NCBI RefSeq assembly: GCF_964204645.1
Contig: NC_134032.1
Coordinates: 310,001 to 374,000, forward strand
Direction: 5' to 3'
DNA length: 64,000 nucleotides
Source: Tubulanus polymorphus
Lineage: Eukaryota; Animalia; Nemertea
Shown here: positions 62,037 through 64,000 of the stretch, piece after piece
How positions within the stretch are numbered: the first letter of the stretch is position 1
How the letters are laid out: each line of letters starts with the position of its first letter
Notes under the pieces: generated by a model
The model's input: the letters and a program-made list of their open reading frames with translations, nothing else
What the model was told of the DNA's origin: nothing
The model's database searches: none
Position numbers and translations under genes: made by a program

Positions 62037-63916
62037 CAGTATCATTCCTGGACTATTAGGATATAGTGGAAACGATGAATAAACTACACTAGCTCAAGGA
62101 ATACAGTATTCCTGAAGATGACTATTAGGATATAGTGGAAACGATGAATAAACTACACTAGCTCAAGGAAACATTTCAGACTCTTTTTATTCTTAGTGTG
62201 CAGGGATTTTATATTATCTTTACAACACGGACTCAGAGTGTTTCATCAATGGTTATAATGAGGACAACATCAGTATTCCTGAAGATGACTACTAGGATAT
62301 AGTGGAAACGTTGAATAAACTACACTAGCTCAAGGAAACATTTCAGACTCTTTTTATTCTTAGTGTGCAGGGATTTTATATTATCTTTACAACACGGGCT
62401 CAGAGTGTTTCATCAATGGTTATAATGAGGACGACATCAGTATTCCTGAAGATGACTATTAGGATATAGTGGAAACATTGAATAAACTACACTAGCTCAA
62501 GGAAACATTTCAGACTCTTTTTATTCTTAGTGTGCAGGGATTTTATATTATCTTTACAACACGGACTCAGAGTGTTTCATCAATGGTTATAATGAGGACA
62601 ACATCAGTATTCCTGAAGATGACTATTAGGATATAGTGGAAACGTTGAATAAACTACACTAGCTCAAGGAAACATTTCAGACTCTTTTTATTCTTAGTGT
62701 GCAGGGATTTTATATTATCTTTACAACACGGACTCAGAGTGTTTCATCAATGGTTATAATGAGGACAACATCAGTATTCCTGAAGATGACTACTAGGATA
62801 TAGTGGAAACGTTGAATAAACTACACTAGCTCAAGGAAACATTTCAGACTCTTTTTATTCTTAGTGTGCAGGGATTTTATATTATCTTTACAACACGGAC
62901 TCAGAGTGTTTCATCAATGGTTATAATGAGGACAACATCAGTATTTCTGAAGATGACTATTAGGATATAGTGGAAACGTTGAATAAACTACACTAGCTCA
63001 AGGAAACATTTCAGACTCTTTTTATTGTTAGTGTGCAGGGATTTTATATTATCTTTACAACACGGACTCAGAGTGTTTCATCAATGGTTATAATGAAGAC
63101 AGCATCAGTATTCCTGAAGATGACTATTAGGATATAGTCGAAACGTTGAATAAACTACACTAGCTCAAGGAAACATTTCAGACTCTTTTTATTCTTAGTG
63201 TGCAGGGATTTTATATTATCTTTACAACACGGACTCAGAGTGTTTCATCAATGGTTATAATGAGGACAACATCAGTATTCCTGAAGATGACTATTAGGAT
63301 ATAGTGGAAACGTTGAATAAACTACACTAGCTCAAGGAAACATTTCAGACTCTTTTTATTCTTAGTGTGCAGGGATTTTATATTATCTTTACAACACGGA
63401 CTCAGAGTGTTTCATCAATGGTTATAATGAGGACAACATCTGTATTCCTGAAGATGACTATTAGGATATAGTGGAAACGTTGAATAAACTACACTAGCTC
63501 AAGGAAACATTTCAGACTCTTTTTATTCTTAGTGTGCAGGGATTTTATATTATCTTTACAACACGGACTCAGAGTGTTTCATCAATGGTTATAATGAGGA
63601 CAACATCAGTATTCCTGAAGATGACTATTAGGATATAGTCGAAACGTTGAATAAACTACACTAGCTCAAGGAAACATTTCAGACTCTTTTTATTCTTATT
63701 GTGCAGGGATTTTATATTATCTTTACAACACAGACTCAGAGTGTTTCATCAATGGTTATAATGAGGACAACATCAGTATTCCTGATGATGACTATTAGGA
63801 TATAGTGGAAACGTTGAATAAACTACACTAGCTCAAGGAAACATTTCAGACTCTTTTTATTCTTAGTGTGCAGGGATTTTATATTATCTTTACAACACGG
63901 ACTCGCAGTGTTTCAT
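62037..63916 (+). mobile_element. 167-bp hammerhead-ribozyme tandem array, ~11 units (retrozyme-like)
   Basis: CTGA(A/T)GA cores every 167 bp from 62112 to 63782; copies at 63114 and 63615 keep ATAGTC-GAAA, the others read ATAGTG-GAAA. Confidence 0.9.
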
Positions 63917-64000
63917 GGTTACTACTCTCTTACAATTGCGGGTTATTTTGAATAATGGATATCGGTTTTTTTCGTGATATTTCTATCTCGCCAGATTCAG

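Overview
Intron-rich animal genomic DNA with GT-AG introns. It is probably a lophotrochozoan invertebrate, inferred from the gene families, SINE types and CTCF-like motifs. Genes in order: the last 10 exons of VPS13B (+), with an antisense two-exon gene nested in one intron; a secreted PAN/apple + Thr-rich + LamG-like protein (+); three broken and one intact intronless FMRFamide-receptor/Srw-like GPCR; a 65-aa precursor of an 8-Cys peptide resembling sea-anemone APETx/BDS toxins (+, missed by the ORF track); a secreted Cys-rich protein built from tandem phase-1 exon modules (-); pyrroline-5-carboxylate reductase (+); and the 3' six exons of a glycine-receptor-like Cys-loop anion channel (-). 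Repeats include MITEs, tRNA-derived SINEs, a BEL/Pao relic and several minisatellites. Two repeats stand out. One is a 167-bp tandem family carrying a minimal type I hammerhead ribozyme (Penelope pLTR/retrozyme-like) at four loci. The other is a 19.6-kb composite satellite of 74-bp B-box-bearing units with 19 long hairpins, bracketed by a ~280-bp direct duplication. All calls were made by eye; no searches were run.
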